From contig OZ320315.1 of assembly GCA_976226885.1 (NCBI GenBank), positions 56,234,001 through 56,298,000 on the forward strand: a stretch of 64,000 nt of DNA. Reading direction: 5' to 3'. Of this stretch, positions 1 to 11,275 are shown one piece after another (within the stretch, counting starts at the first letter, position 1; every line of letters starts with the position of its first letter). Both the position numbers and the translations under genes were made by a program. This DNA is from Iphione sp. A-MEVVRFRX5. Taxonomy: Eukaryota. The notes beneath the pieces were generated by a model. It made no database searches. It worked only from the letters and a program-made list of their open reading frames with translations, and was not told the DNA's origin.

Positions 1-621
1 CACCCGTAGACACATACAGAGAACTTTACATAGGTGAGTGACGTATTGCTTGACACACGGACAATGAAATGTGGTATGCTGTCAGGGTACTCGTTTTTAT
101 TGTTTATTAGAATGATGGTAATTAATAGTTGCCTTTGACGCTTTTATAACACTATTGACATTGCCTGATGCAGGTAAGTAATTGGCCGAAATAACTAGGC
201 ATTTACCTCTCATTAATTGGTTACGACTAAAGGTCTGGTGAAAGTGTCCCTTCCATCACATCAACATAAATCAGGCGCGTCGGATATTAGCATACAGCTA
301 TACCTCTATTAACGAATCCTCTCAGAATGAAGTTTATTTCTTGTAAAATTGACTATTTCTGAAGACTTTGTGGCCTAAAGCATTTTTTTTACTCAAAATT
401 AATAAATTTTCATACTGAGATAGGATACTTCTGATGCCGAAGTTTCTCACATCGAAGTGGAATCAAGGAACACATCTACTTCATTGACAGAGGTAGACAG
501 GTGCATTCTTAGTCGAAGGGAGTCGTTAACAGCAGGAAGAATCATTAGTAGATGTAAGCTTTATCCTCGTGAATGGATATACGTGCGCAGACCGTACACT
601 GCAGATAAGTGGGAATATCCT

Positions 622-657
622 CACACACATACACACACATACACACAAAAACACACA
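622..657. repeat. (CA)n-rich microsatellite
   Basis: cacacacatacacacacatacacaca. Confidence 0.85.
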
Positions 658-1134
658 CGTATATATACATGTAGATATGCGTTCTGTTTAATTTCGTACA
701 TTAAAATGTGGGCGGGCCGGTCGGTTTGTTCATTTCCTCAGATGCATCTGTGTGCCAGGCACTGTCATTCCACAATGATTACAAATGAGGATCCGTTAAT
801 TACCATTTCTTTGACGTCTAGATATTGTTTTTTGAAGGACTTGGGCTACAATATCCCCAACCCCCAGTGTCCTGTGCTTACGGAATTTTATCGCATTCTC
901 TTTTACAGATGTCTCGTTAGTTGTCCTCCGTAGCGTGAGATCAATATGTATCCTTTATTCCCCACCTTACTCCCTGTTATAGTTGCTTTTGCCGTTAAAA
1001 ATGACATCATTAAAATTGTTCACTTCGCCTATATGACCGAGTATTTGTTTCTTATAGAAGTCATCAACCACTTTTGCTTGGACTGCCTCTTTAAGAACGT
1101 GTAAGACAGGGGGCATCAATAGGTGGATATACAT

Positions 1135-1414
1135 GTCTAGGCAGACGAAAACGTATACTCTTTTACTGTAGTGTGGGTAATTTTCCCCCTTTGCCATATT
1201 TATCCCTTGTAGATTATCTAAGGCGCATTCCTAGCAATCCCACCTGGCTATTTCCTTTTTTTTCATTGCCTCTCGTCTAGGCAGACGAAAACGTATACTC
1301 TTTTACTGTAGTGTGGGTAATTTTCCCCCTTTGCCATATTTATCCCTTGTAGATTATCTAAGGCGCATTCCTAGCAATCCCACCTGGCTATTTCCTTTTT
1401 TTTCATTGCCTCTC
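1135..1414. repeat. Exact tandem duplication, 2 x 140 bp
   Basis: 1135-1274 identical to 1275-1414 by eye. Confidence 0.95.
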
Positions 1415-2200
1415 AAACTTGCTTGGATTTGAATCTGTGTAGGTAATATGAGCTGAGCTTGTCTCCAAGGAATAAAGGGATACCAGGTGGGAACCATACT
1501 ATAAGTTAGATACAGCCCGCGAAGTATACTACATATGTACATGACATTATCTATAATTCTCTTCCTTTATCTAACAGATAGAAATAAATGACATAGGAAC
1601 ATGTACATTTATACACGCTGTCAATTACACACGTATATGTATGTGATAAAGGGTAAAACCAGAATGAATGACATAATTTCATAATCACATCCATTAAAAT
1701 GCACAGTTCCAGCAGGCCTCCTTTGTTGCTATACAAGTAAAATGCCCATTGTTCCATTGAAATAGAGTCTATGATTATTTCATTTTATGGGACTTTATTG
1801 TGATATACTGAACATGGATCAGTACACGTTGTTTCCTCTTATCGACACAATGACAAGCAAAGCACAATACGCTATGGCGTTTAATTCGCAAATCTTTTAT
1901 CGACACATTTATATGGTGTTGTTTTCATAAATGACGTGGGGTCTATTGAATTTATTTGCAAAAGGACATTCGCTGGTACAGATGGGCTTGGGGAATTGAC
2001 TACATTTACCTTCTCTGAGGATGCAGTGGTGAGTGGTCGGAGCAGGCCGTATGTTTAAGGGATAGGACAAACCAATTTAGAGAATGTTTTAGAATTCATT
2101 CTTTTACATTTCCAGTTTCTACAGCAAAATCAACTTGGAATCTTCGTGAATTTCATTGTACTTTACGTATCAATGTATGCTAACATATTTCTATTTAAAG

Positions 2201-2311
2201 GAAGACTCAACAGTCTTAACAATTACTACGGGAGCTTTGTCATTGATGAACTGTACATGTGGGATGAAGTTCTTCCAACTCCAACCGATTTCTTCCAACA
2301 TCAAGATAACG
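2201..2311 (+). CDS. Exon: C-terminal part of a LamG/ConA-like (pentraxin-type) domain, GRLNSLNNYYGSFVIDELYMWDEVL
   Basis: tttaaag/ acceptor, /gtaagt donor, phase 1-1; IDEL-x2-W-x3-L motif typical of Laminin_G_3-like domains. Confidence 0.7.
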
Positions 2312-5300
2312 GTAAGTTTAATACGATCATGATATACATTTACTCCCTAAAAATTGAATTTTACTTATTGCCTTAGAGATGAGTGAACGTAACTCACAAT
2401 CTATCAAATATTTTATTTAACTAATGTCGTAATGTCAATTGCTTGATAAAAACATATAATTGACACGTATTTATCAAATTTGTCATTATTATATCAGTCA
2501 TATCAGTCATTATTTATTTGATCTCAACGCCGCTTTCCTCATTTTTGTCGTCATTTACTACGTTTTAGTGATTAATTGTTCCTGCTATGACGGGCGCATG
2601 GCAGGGGCGACTGGCTGCATTGGTAAGGTAACAAAACAAGGAATGAATGATTCCATACGTTTGAATTTAAAAGTATGTGTGGATGATATCCTATGCATAT
2701 ATGACACAAGTTACATGCTGCCCAAATTTGTAAATATTTTGATGTAGATCTTCATCGACGCCATGTTACAAAACAGGCCTGTAGATCATCTGCCAATGTG
2801 GAATTTCAAGAATTTAATGGATTTTGCAGAAACAGTTTATTTTTACGTGCATATTTATTATTGCCATAGATATCAATGAGTGCCAAGATGGTGCGCACAA
2901 CTGTACCAACTCCGAATTGTGTACAAACGTTCTCGAATCATTTACATGTACATGTCCGGACGGTTTTGTTCTCCAAATGGATAATTCTTGCACAGGTAAT
3001 TCAAAATAATTTTCTCTATGAGCTTACTGGTTAACTTATTCATACACGAGACGCCAGTGAAGAACGTGGAAATTTATTGTACATTGTACATGTATTTAAA
3101 GCCCGGGTGCCGCTACACCCTACCATTCGTATTGAAGGTGACTAAATTCAACTCCATTTAAGCATGTGATTCCCATCATGATGGTTTAGGCTCATGTTCC
3201 ATGTGTGCTGGCGATGTACAGGAGTACAGGATCCATACATCCAGGAAATGATGGTATTAGGCCTGGTTTCCATATCGGCAGCACCCTGTGGAGACTTGCA
3301 GGTCCGGTCCAGGTCTATCACCATGCATTGGGAGGACCCTCCCGTACAGGGATGTCCAGTGGGCATACATTGAAGTGCGTTGTAAAACAATGCATAACAA
3401 TGCATGAGGTAGTTGTAAAGGCAAACAATATTTATGAATCTAGATGAAGTAAAAAAAGTCAGGAATCGGGAAAATTGATGGGAAAAGGACTATAAGCAGC
3501 TAATTCGATGGGAAAAGTGCAAAAAGGGGTAAAATTGATGAGAGGGAGGGGGGATAAGTACCATTCAGAAGTGATGAATTTGATGGGAAAAGGTACTAAA
3601 AGCAGCGAAATTGTGCGTAAATGTGTGGGAAAGACATATCTTTGCCTGGTGCAAATGATAACTGCCACACAGTTGACTCTGACCCTGCGAGCAGCCCCTA
3701 GGGGGACCACTTTTCTCCAGAACTGACTGTTTCCCTGTACATTTATTTATGATGGTCTCTGCCTAAGGCAACCACTCACCTGGGGTGACCATTTACCTAA
3801 TGAGACAACCAATTTAAGAACAAAAGTCACAATTACCACTGCCTAGGGTGACCACTTGGTAGATAGATGTTATTAGAGGGTCTCCCAGCCAATAACTCGA
3901 CAGGCACCTGCCGCTAAGATGAGTTTGAAGGCCATGTCACCCACATGTTGTTGGAGGTTCTCCTGGCTGAGAACTCTGTGGTCGCCCGCCTTGAAGGTGA
4001 CAGGGGACCCTCAAGTGATGTGGGCAGAGGTGTTAGTGTGACTGCTGCTTCCCTAACAAAGAGCACTTTTAGAAATTTAGCACTTTAAGAACTTTTTTTG
4101 ACCTTAACCATCAAATTAAGCACTTTTAGGATGTTATTTACTTTGTAGAAAGAGAGAGAGAAGGGGATTACTTCTTGTGGTTTGACCCCCTAACCAATAC
4201 CTTAGGCGACCATTCGCCTTAGGTGACCACTTTTGTTCAGTCCGTTAGGCGGTTGCTTTAGGCGGAGGCAACTGTATATCTTACTTTTCCATTGGTGTAC
4301 GTTTACTTAAAGTATCAGCGTTTGAAAACAAGACACTGGACAAAAATGGATATCAATGCACCCAGAGACCAATGCATTTAGAGGGCACTTCCCATTGGAT
4401 TCAACCTGTTCTTAAAATATACAAAGCAACGCATTGAAATGCACCTGGATTCCAAAACATATATGGGAACTGGGTCTTATGGTCTGCTCTATGTCTCTGG
4501 TGTGTATGTCTGGGTCTGTGCATGCGATATCTAAAAATGAGCAATGTCCATAAATTTTCCTAAGAAAGATAGCAGCCTACACAGTTAGTTAGCCCCTGAT
4601 AAATAAGTAGATGTATCTAACGAAATATACACTAACCCTCATAGGACTTCCGTTTATGACTGCATAAAGTGAAAAAATAATTCCCTTTAAAAAATAGATT
4701 TGAGATGACTCACACCACCACCAAGTCACTTCATCACCACCTAAAATTACCACCAACTCAGACCATTACTAAGGCCCAGTTTGCATATTGGCAGGTCCCT
4801 GAAGAAACATTCAGGTGCAGTGAAGGTCTGGTGCTATGCATGTCATTGTTTTTCCCGGGTACTCCCACGCCGGGGTGTCCATTAAGCGTGCGCTGGAGTG
4901 TGATGAATTTGACTGGAAAACATATGAAAAGCAGGAAATTTGATGGAAAAAAATACAAAATTTGGCAAATGTGACAGAGAAAGCAGCCCAAACTGGTGAA
5001 TTTGATGGGAAAGAGCACCAGCAAAAAACAGTAAATTTGATGGGAAAAGTCCAAAAAGCAGCAAATATATGCAAAATATGCTATAATGCTATAATAATGT
5101 TTATACTTCATCTAGCATAGATTTATTCAATATCCTAGCCGTATATAAATCATGTCTGCGAGATGCTACCTGTCCATTGGTAACAATTCTCTTTAAATTT
5201 TTGGACGTCCCAAATATAAGATAATGGATGGGGACAGAAAGGAACACACCAGGGCAACAATGCGCATACATGACACCCCTTATTGGATTCAAGATGTTCT

Positions 5301-8300
5301 ATAAATAGGCACAACAATGAACCACGATACACGCACAAGAATGAACACCTGAAAACTTGGTTTAACTCACATCTCGTGGGAACACATTTTAAAACCATTA
5401 GTTTGTTGTGAAATTTTATTACAGTCGGACTCGGCGATGGCATGACTTGTGTACGGTGTAGCTGTTTCTGTTCCTTTTTAAATGCGTGGCTAGTTAACAC
5501 AATGATCACATTTGTCATATAGGTATGTCTGGATATGGTCATTTCAGCAGTTTTGATACATAGGCATAAGGAGGACACGTGTGCATTGTGTATATCAAAA
5601 GACAGATTCGAGGGAAGTCAGAAATATAACAACAAGATGAACGAAAAATGTTACTTAACGAAGAGAGGGAGTTAATGTGTTCAAAGTTCAATAAGTACAC
5701 ACACGTATGTTACATGGATACCGTAAATGAACCGGTATTCTGTGGTCATATTGGGATAGGCGATCTGTTCATCTCTCTTTCTTTGAAATCGGTGGCACGC
5801 CTGAAATAATTACCTCTATCACACAAACCGCAAGAAGCATAAAGTAGCAGTACATGCACTGGTCGGGGAGACTTGAGGTAATTATATGGGACTGGAATCC
5901 AGCATGTTCTTTTCTTATCGTCTAAAGGCGTAACACCAAAGTGGAAATTATGCTTGCTAATATCATCAGACCATGTATAATATTAATGGACAGGTTGTTA
6001 TTATTAATAACAGGGGAGGGAACATAGACTATCACAGATTACTTAAAATCTATCCTTATCTCCTTCCAGACATTAATGAGTGTAATGATAGCAACGGTGG
6101 ATGTGAGCATACATGTCTCAACACTGATGGTTCATACAGCTGTGACTGTCCCCAGGGCTTTATCATTTCGTCCAATTCTATGACTTGTACAGGTAAAACT
6201 ATAGCAGTGCACTCCACTGAATGTGTCGTGTATCATTTCAAAAAGTACGCATGACTGTGGGGTAGATTTATGGACATTGTCAACGACTTTATTTCATTTT
6301 TAACATCCACAAGCTTGCATATTTTAATATTCATTAAGATGTCCTTTCTTACCGTTACAGATGTAGATGAATGTAGTACCAGCAATGGTGGATGTTTGCA
6401 TACATGTGCCAATACTGGTGGCTCATTTTCTTGTGGTTGTTATGATGGGTATATTCTATCAATGAATCAGCAGGATTGTATTCGTAAGTCATAAAATATG
6501 TATTCGACTTGCTTGACATTAGAGCAGGACTAAATGAGACTACGTGTATAGAAAACGCTAAACATTGCTACACTATGGATGACAGTATGCAGTACATGTA
6601 GTAACAGTCTGGTAATTCTGCCGATCTCATACTCGTTTATTCTAGTGGCATCAACTATATACATGGATGGACATTAAATCTAATGGCCACATACATTGCC
6701 TTTCAGCTGTTGGAGCCTCAATTACAGGTATACTGGACTTGCTCTTTAACTTGGACCTTGATTGGGATGAGCAATTCTCAGATGCAGGTTCAGCATTGTA
6801 TCTGGACCTGAAGGATGCAATTAAGCAGGTTCACATATCAAATTCACACGTATTCCATGCAAAGTAATTTCATGCGAATCTATACAATCTTTTGAGTGTT
6901 GTAATGCCTTTTAGACAAGTACTAAAGCACCACTACTATGTGTATTCTCCTACGTATTAGTCACCAGGGCAAACTTTTCACGGGGACAGCATGGGCTTTA
7001 TGATGATATATCCTGCTTATAAATGTTGAAGTTTGTCGTGATCACGATAAATCACAAGAATAGCTTGTCTTTGAGTTGTGCGTAATTTGCCATTGCTGTA
7101 TGAAGTGTAAAGCTACCCCAAGGGCAGATTAAACAACAATTTGGGGAAAAATAACTTCTTTTTCCTATAATTATACATGTACATATGTATGCATTCTAGG
7201 AGGCCTCTGATAGGGACGTCTTAATCAAGATTAGTTTAAAAAGAACCAAGTCTGCTCCTAATACATGTACAGACATTTCACTATAACCACATAAAAAAAG
7301 GTTCATCGCACTCAAAAGATGTCCGATAGTCAATGAAACAAATATTGCTTTTCTAGTCCATTTTTTCAAACGATAAAAGACGTTTGCAGTATTTCCAGCT
7401 TTTGATTAGATTGCAGGAGACAGCGGAGTGTTTGATGACCGATCTCTGCTGGCCTGGAACGTCACTTTCCGGTGAGGGAATGCTCCTTCCTATGACCACT
7501 GAAGAAACCAATATTAAAATAGTAATTAGAATTGACTCTAATAAATATATGTAATCACTTACAATCATTTCCTTGAAGTCTCACTTGGTAAATTAATATT
7601 GTTGAAGGCTCTACAACAAAGACGTGTGCTGAGTTGTGTACAACGGTAACTTAACTGGATGACATTGCTTGAAAACATATAAAAGACATGAAAAGAATAA
7701 GCTCATGAATTTTACATTTGATAATTTACTCGGAAATTTATGAATAAGAATCTAATCTACTTTCTAATGGTGCGGCGAGATACAGAAATGAGCTTACTTG
7801 TGTCAATATAATGCAATGTGATAGTAAGAAGAGTTAGGTTTTTTTCAAATGTAAGTACATTCAGAAGCACTTACTACATTCACAATAAGCAACTCCTTTC
7901 TGTAGTTCTTTTCCAATTTTTCTTTCCCGCTGTTCTTTCTTTCGAAGTTTTGTATTATTATCAAAACAGATATACATATACATTCATGACAGTATCATTC
8001 TGATTATTTATGTAAATGTCAGTACAAAAAGTTGAAAAATGGTTTAGCTAAAATGAAAGGGATATTTCAACTTCTTCCGGTGTAACATGATCTGTCTACA
8101 TTTTGTATTCGGTTAGAAGATTTATTATACTCAAATACTTAAGTACTCCGGGAATCTACCAAAAACGCTTCAGTCCCATATAAAATTGTTCTCACAGAGA
8201 AAATGAGGAAAGCGGTGTTTCGGCGACGCTAACGTTAAGATTTGCATTACCGCTGAGCCTTGCACGTCAAAGCCAGGTGGCCCGATTGCTTGCAAACCAA

Positions 8301-9864
8301 TTGGTGGGCAGTCAGTTAGACACTGATGGAGGTCTAGTTAATGTCTTCAATCCCGCAACGCTTCTGAACATCGCCAATACAGACAGAACGGCAGGTAAGC
8401 TAGGCACACGTGTGCACTAGTGCATTCAGTGATTCTTCTCGTTTAGATGCCTTTTTGTTTTAGATGCCTTCTCATTTGCCTTTAAATGTATGAACATGTA
8501 CATGTGTATTTTATTCCTAGAGTAAATAAGCGGCATGGCTCCTGAACACATTTGAAACTGCTCAGCGCAGATGAAAACATCTCATAAACAGCAACACCCT
8601 CATAACCATACAAATTTGGGCCAACTTTTGTACAAGATACTAGACAAACATGTACGCACATAACATTCTGTGCTATTACCATGCAGCCAAAGCAAATCAC
8701 CAAGGGTTCGTCACTACGTCATAGACAGAGCACACTCCCACAGAAACGTAACCCAGTGTAGACAGGGATTTTAAAATCATATACATGTATATATATCTTC
8801 ACATAAAGATTACAAAAACACATAGATGTATATATGTTGTATGTGTATATGGAATTTCGATTCATACATAGAAAAGAAATGTCATCGGTGGCCAGTAAAT
8901 TCTTCAGAATTAAGCAGATTAAAACTCAGTGGTCTTTTTATTACAGGGTAGTGACTTAACTTGACTAAAGGGTATCTAAATCGACGACGGTAGTGTCTTT
9001 GCGTCGCGTAGTAATAATAAACTAAAACTGGTGCTCATCTCTGTCTGTATACAATCACTCTACATGGGTAATCAATCATTAACGGCACGATTCCTTTTTA
9101 TGTTAATGATCAAGGAACAAAAAGACAACGACATCTAATTAGCAAATGACAATGATAACTATACTTCGCTTTTGTATCTGAGATGTTTTATGGGTTATGG
9201 ACACATTTCAGATGTAACGTCTGGGTGCTTTCTCTTCACATTATTTGACTTTTGCCGCGGAAAGAGTTGCATGGAGATTGAGTCAAACCAGCAGCGATTT
9301 TATCCCATTTGTGTGTATGTGTTCTTATTTTTTATTTACGTATACAAAGAAAAACCATAAAGATGTGCATACGTACTTATTAAAAGCGGCTAAAAGGTAC
9401 CCGTCCAAGGAATAGAGGGCAAAACATACGAATGCCATATCCGGCACTTATATGGCAGACTCGTGAATTACTAAAAATAATGAAAAGACAGATTTGCGAT
9501 GGGACGATATAATTGCATCGTAATTGCGACGGATCACTTGATGCCCAGACAGGTGTTCTTATGAATCTCCTTCTTGAACAGGTGCCCGTCGGGTTTCACA
9601 GGAGAGCAGTGTCAATTTGCCGCCGCCAGCAGTGTCGCCGACGTGCATCGGGACTTGGCTGTGGCCGCCTTCGTCTTGTCTGCCGTCTGCCTACTCTTGC
9701 TTTTCGCGCTGTCCTTTTACACGCTGATGTTGAGTCGGAGACTAACCGCCAGTCGGCGTGTGTGGCCATTGACAGATAACGGTTCCTTCTATGGTTTTCC
9801 TTTGAGAAGTTTCATGCCTATGAGACATTCAGGAAACGCTTATTACAGGAACACTTTTAGGTAG
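2201..9864 (+). CDS. Type-I membrane protein, 5'-truncated: LamG/ConA-like C-terminus, half-EGF, 3x calcium-binding EGF, SEA, EGF, TM, ~45-aa tail. join(2201..2311,2569..2622,2870..2995,6070..6192,6361..6483,6707..6828,7410..7471,8198..8394,9212..9314,9582..9864)
   Basis: Ten GT-AG exons with mutually compatible phases give one open frame (434 codons including the stop). Motifs: D[IV][ND]EC cbEGF repeats, SEA-like segment, 6-Cys EGF, hydrophobic LAVAAFVLSAVCLLLLFALSFYTLML followed by SRR. AATAAA at 10156. Upstream exons not resolved. Confidence 0.88.
2569..2622 (+). CDS. Exon: half-EGF module (V)INCSCYDGRMAGATGCI(D)
   Basis: ttttag/ acceptor, G/gtaagg donor, phase 1-1, CxCxxG-x6-C pattern leading into DINEC. 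Confidence 0.7.
2870..2995 (+). CDS. Exon: calcium-binding EGF 1 (DINECQDGAHNC...CTNVLESFTCTCPDGF)
   Basis: catag/ and /gtaatt, 126 nt, phase 1-1, cbEGF consensus. Confidence 0.93.
3465..3610 (+). repeat. Dispersed repeat fragment with internal AAATTTGATGGGAAAAG-type units
   Basis: Similar units at 4905-5065; related AAAAGTGCTGAATTTGATG units at 27377-27545 and inverted at ~4063-4130. Confidence 0.6.
3690..4276. mobile_element. Degenerate MITE-like element with CCTAAGGYGACCA-type subterminal repeats
   Basis: Left ctctgcctaaggcaacc is the near-inverse of right ggttgctttaggcggag; ends ..ACTGTA; multiple internal motif copies. Confidence 0.45.
4905..5065 (+). repeat. Second copy of the AATTTGATGGGAAA-unit repeat
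   Basis: Four or five units at roughly 25-50 bp spacing. Confidence 0.6.
6070..6192 (+). CDS. Exon: calcium-binding EGF 2 (DINECNDSNGGCEHTCLNTDGSYSC)
   Basis: ttccag/ and /gtaaaa, 123 nt, phase 1-1. Confidence 0.93.
6361..6483 (+). CDS. Exon: calcium-binding EGF 3 (DVDECSTSNGGCLHTCANTGGSFSC)
   Basis: ttacag/ and /gtaagt, 123 nt, phase 1-1. Confidence 0.93.
6707..6828 (+). CDS. Exon: SEA domain N-part (...LDWDEQFSDAGSALYLDLKDAIKQ)
   Basis: tttcag/ acceptor, CAG/gt donor, phase 1-0; W-x3-F-x4-S-x2-Y-x2-L SEA-like pattern. Confidence 0.8.
7410..7471 (+). CDS. Exon: SEA domain middle (IAGDSGVFDDRSLLAWNVTFR)
   Basis: gattag/ and /gtgagg, phase 0-2, exactly bridges the flanking exons. Confidence 0.7.
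8198..8394 (+). CDS. Exon: SEA domain C-part (ENEESGVSATLTLRF...TDRTA)
   Basis: ctcacag/ and CAG/gtaagc, phase 2-1, 65 open codons. Confidence 0.8.
9212..9314 (+). CDS. Exon: juxtamembrane EGF, N-half (GCFLFTLFDFCRGKSCMEIESNQQRFYPIC)
   Basis: tttcag/ and /gtatgt, phase 1-2; supplies Cys1-4 of an EGF completed by the next exon. Confidence 0.8.
9582..9864 (+). CDS. Last exon: EGF C-half (CPSGFTGEQC), TM helix, cytoplasmic tail, stop
   Basis: cttcttgaacag/ acceptor, hydrophobic 26-mer, TAG at 9862-9864. Confidence 0.9.
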
Positions 9865-10155
9865 GAGTGCGTCGTAGATGGTGTAATATACTATGACAAG
9901 GGACATCGCTTAGAATTTAAGAAGGGATATATTTATACAGCGTTTGTGAATCTTTTTCCTGACCTCTATATTTACAGACATAGTGTCAAAATGTGTTGCA
10001 GTATTTTATGCATGTATTCATATAGTAATTGCGCTCCAAGGGCCAAAGCGCATTTATAGTGCATGTATACATACATAAGCGCATCTGGTGTATACAGTGG
10101 GCAGTTTTATCCAGGGTAAAATGGACGAGTGGTTTAATTTGAAGAAAACATTTCG

Positions 10156-10161
10156 AATAAA
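10156..10161 (+). promoter_or_regulatory. Candidate polyadenylation signal of the EGF/SEA gene
   Basis: AATAAA ~290 nt after the stop codon; another at ~10290. Confidence 0.45.
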
Positions 10162-11275
10162 GTAACAACTTTATGGTTCCTAAAATAGCATGAAATAATT
10201 GATTAACACCCTTCAGCGATAGAAAATAAGGAAAGACCATCAACTCTTTAGTTTATACATTTCGATAATTTCAAATAGCTATTTTTCAGAATAAAAAAAA
10301 TGAATCTCTCGTAATAAATCTTTCAGGAGGGAATCTATTCATCGTCTTGATTTGAGTTTATTTGAAGACAGCCAAACATGGATGAACTGTAAATATAATT
10401 CGATTCTACATCAAATCTTCATTAGGATCTGTCTGTGCCTGGGCACGAATGTAACAAAAGTATGCAAAACCTTAACCATGTACACATGTAAACGCGCATA
10501 ATACACCTCTCTAACACTCCAGTGTATTGAATTCCAGTAGACCGACATTGGCTTCTCTATTTGCCAGTTAGGGCTGCCATTCATTCGGAATTCCGTTATC
10601 TCCAGGCAGCCATTTATATTCCATTAGCCGTTATCGGACCAGCGTCCGTCTGGCCCACACGATGCGCCCTTCGTGATCTCCAGCTTCGGGAACAGTGCAG
10701 ACCAGTTCATCCCTCTAGACGGACGAGCCACGACTTTCCAATTCTAATGTGAACCAATACTCCCTCCGATGATCAGCTGGGAGGAGTTACCAACAGCAAC
10801 GTTTGTTCCCGTGATAAAATGGCTGAAAACCATGCTGGTGAATAGGGGGCAATTTGACTGTTTCCTGCATGCACGAACTTTGGTAAGCAGGCACAAGCGT
10901 GGGAATACATATACATGTACGTGTGCGTATGCAAAAATTACCTCCTTGGTAGTGTTTCGTCGTTAAACCGATATTCTAATAATATTTTGTTTTAATTTTA
11001 CTGTAACAAGATACCTTTTCATATATCTTCTCCAGTAGTGTACAATTGGTGTAGAAAGTCTTTTTCTCAAACGTTAGAATCGCCTTTTTAGTATTACATA
11101 AACCGAATACGTTTTACTTTTATAGTCTGTCGCGTCTAGGATACTAGAATAGTATATGACACAAAAAGAATCTTATTGCATGCTGCTCGGTAAGAACACC
11201 TTGATAGGATAAAATGTTTCTTAGAATTTCTCATTCCGTTTTCACTTCTACCATCTAACAGATCTTGTGACGAGT

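Noticed and set aside
457-933. 158-aa ORF
   Set aside because: GTG start, runs through a (CA)n microsatellite (HTHTHT), no motif; intronic or intergenic.
129-2145. Possible upstream exons of the EGF/SEA gene (129-173, ~1956-2028, 2116-2145, acceptor at 908)
   Set aside because: Individual splice signals look good, but I could not join them in a compatible phase to exon 2201 with a LamG-like sequence; left unresolved.
5425-5455. GDGMTCV EGF-like ending
   Set aside because: Phase 1-2 is incompatible with the flanking phase 1-1 EGF exons, and there are no upstream cysteines.
6829-6863. Alternative donor extending the SEA exon (VHISNSHVFHAK)
   Set aside because: Exon 7410-7471 bridges the phases with a better SEA-like sequence.
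7353-7568. Minus-strand ORF resembling a signal peptide
   Set aside because: It is the antisense of true exon 7410-7471 plus AT-rich intron.
10520-10830. GC-rich exon-like stretch on the minus strand
   Set aside because: Stops in all frames and no recognisable family.
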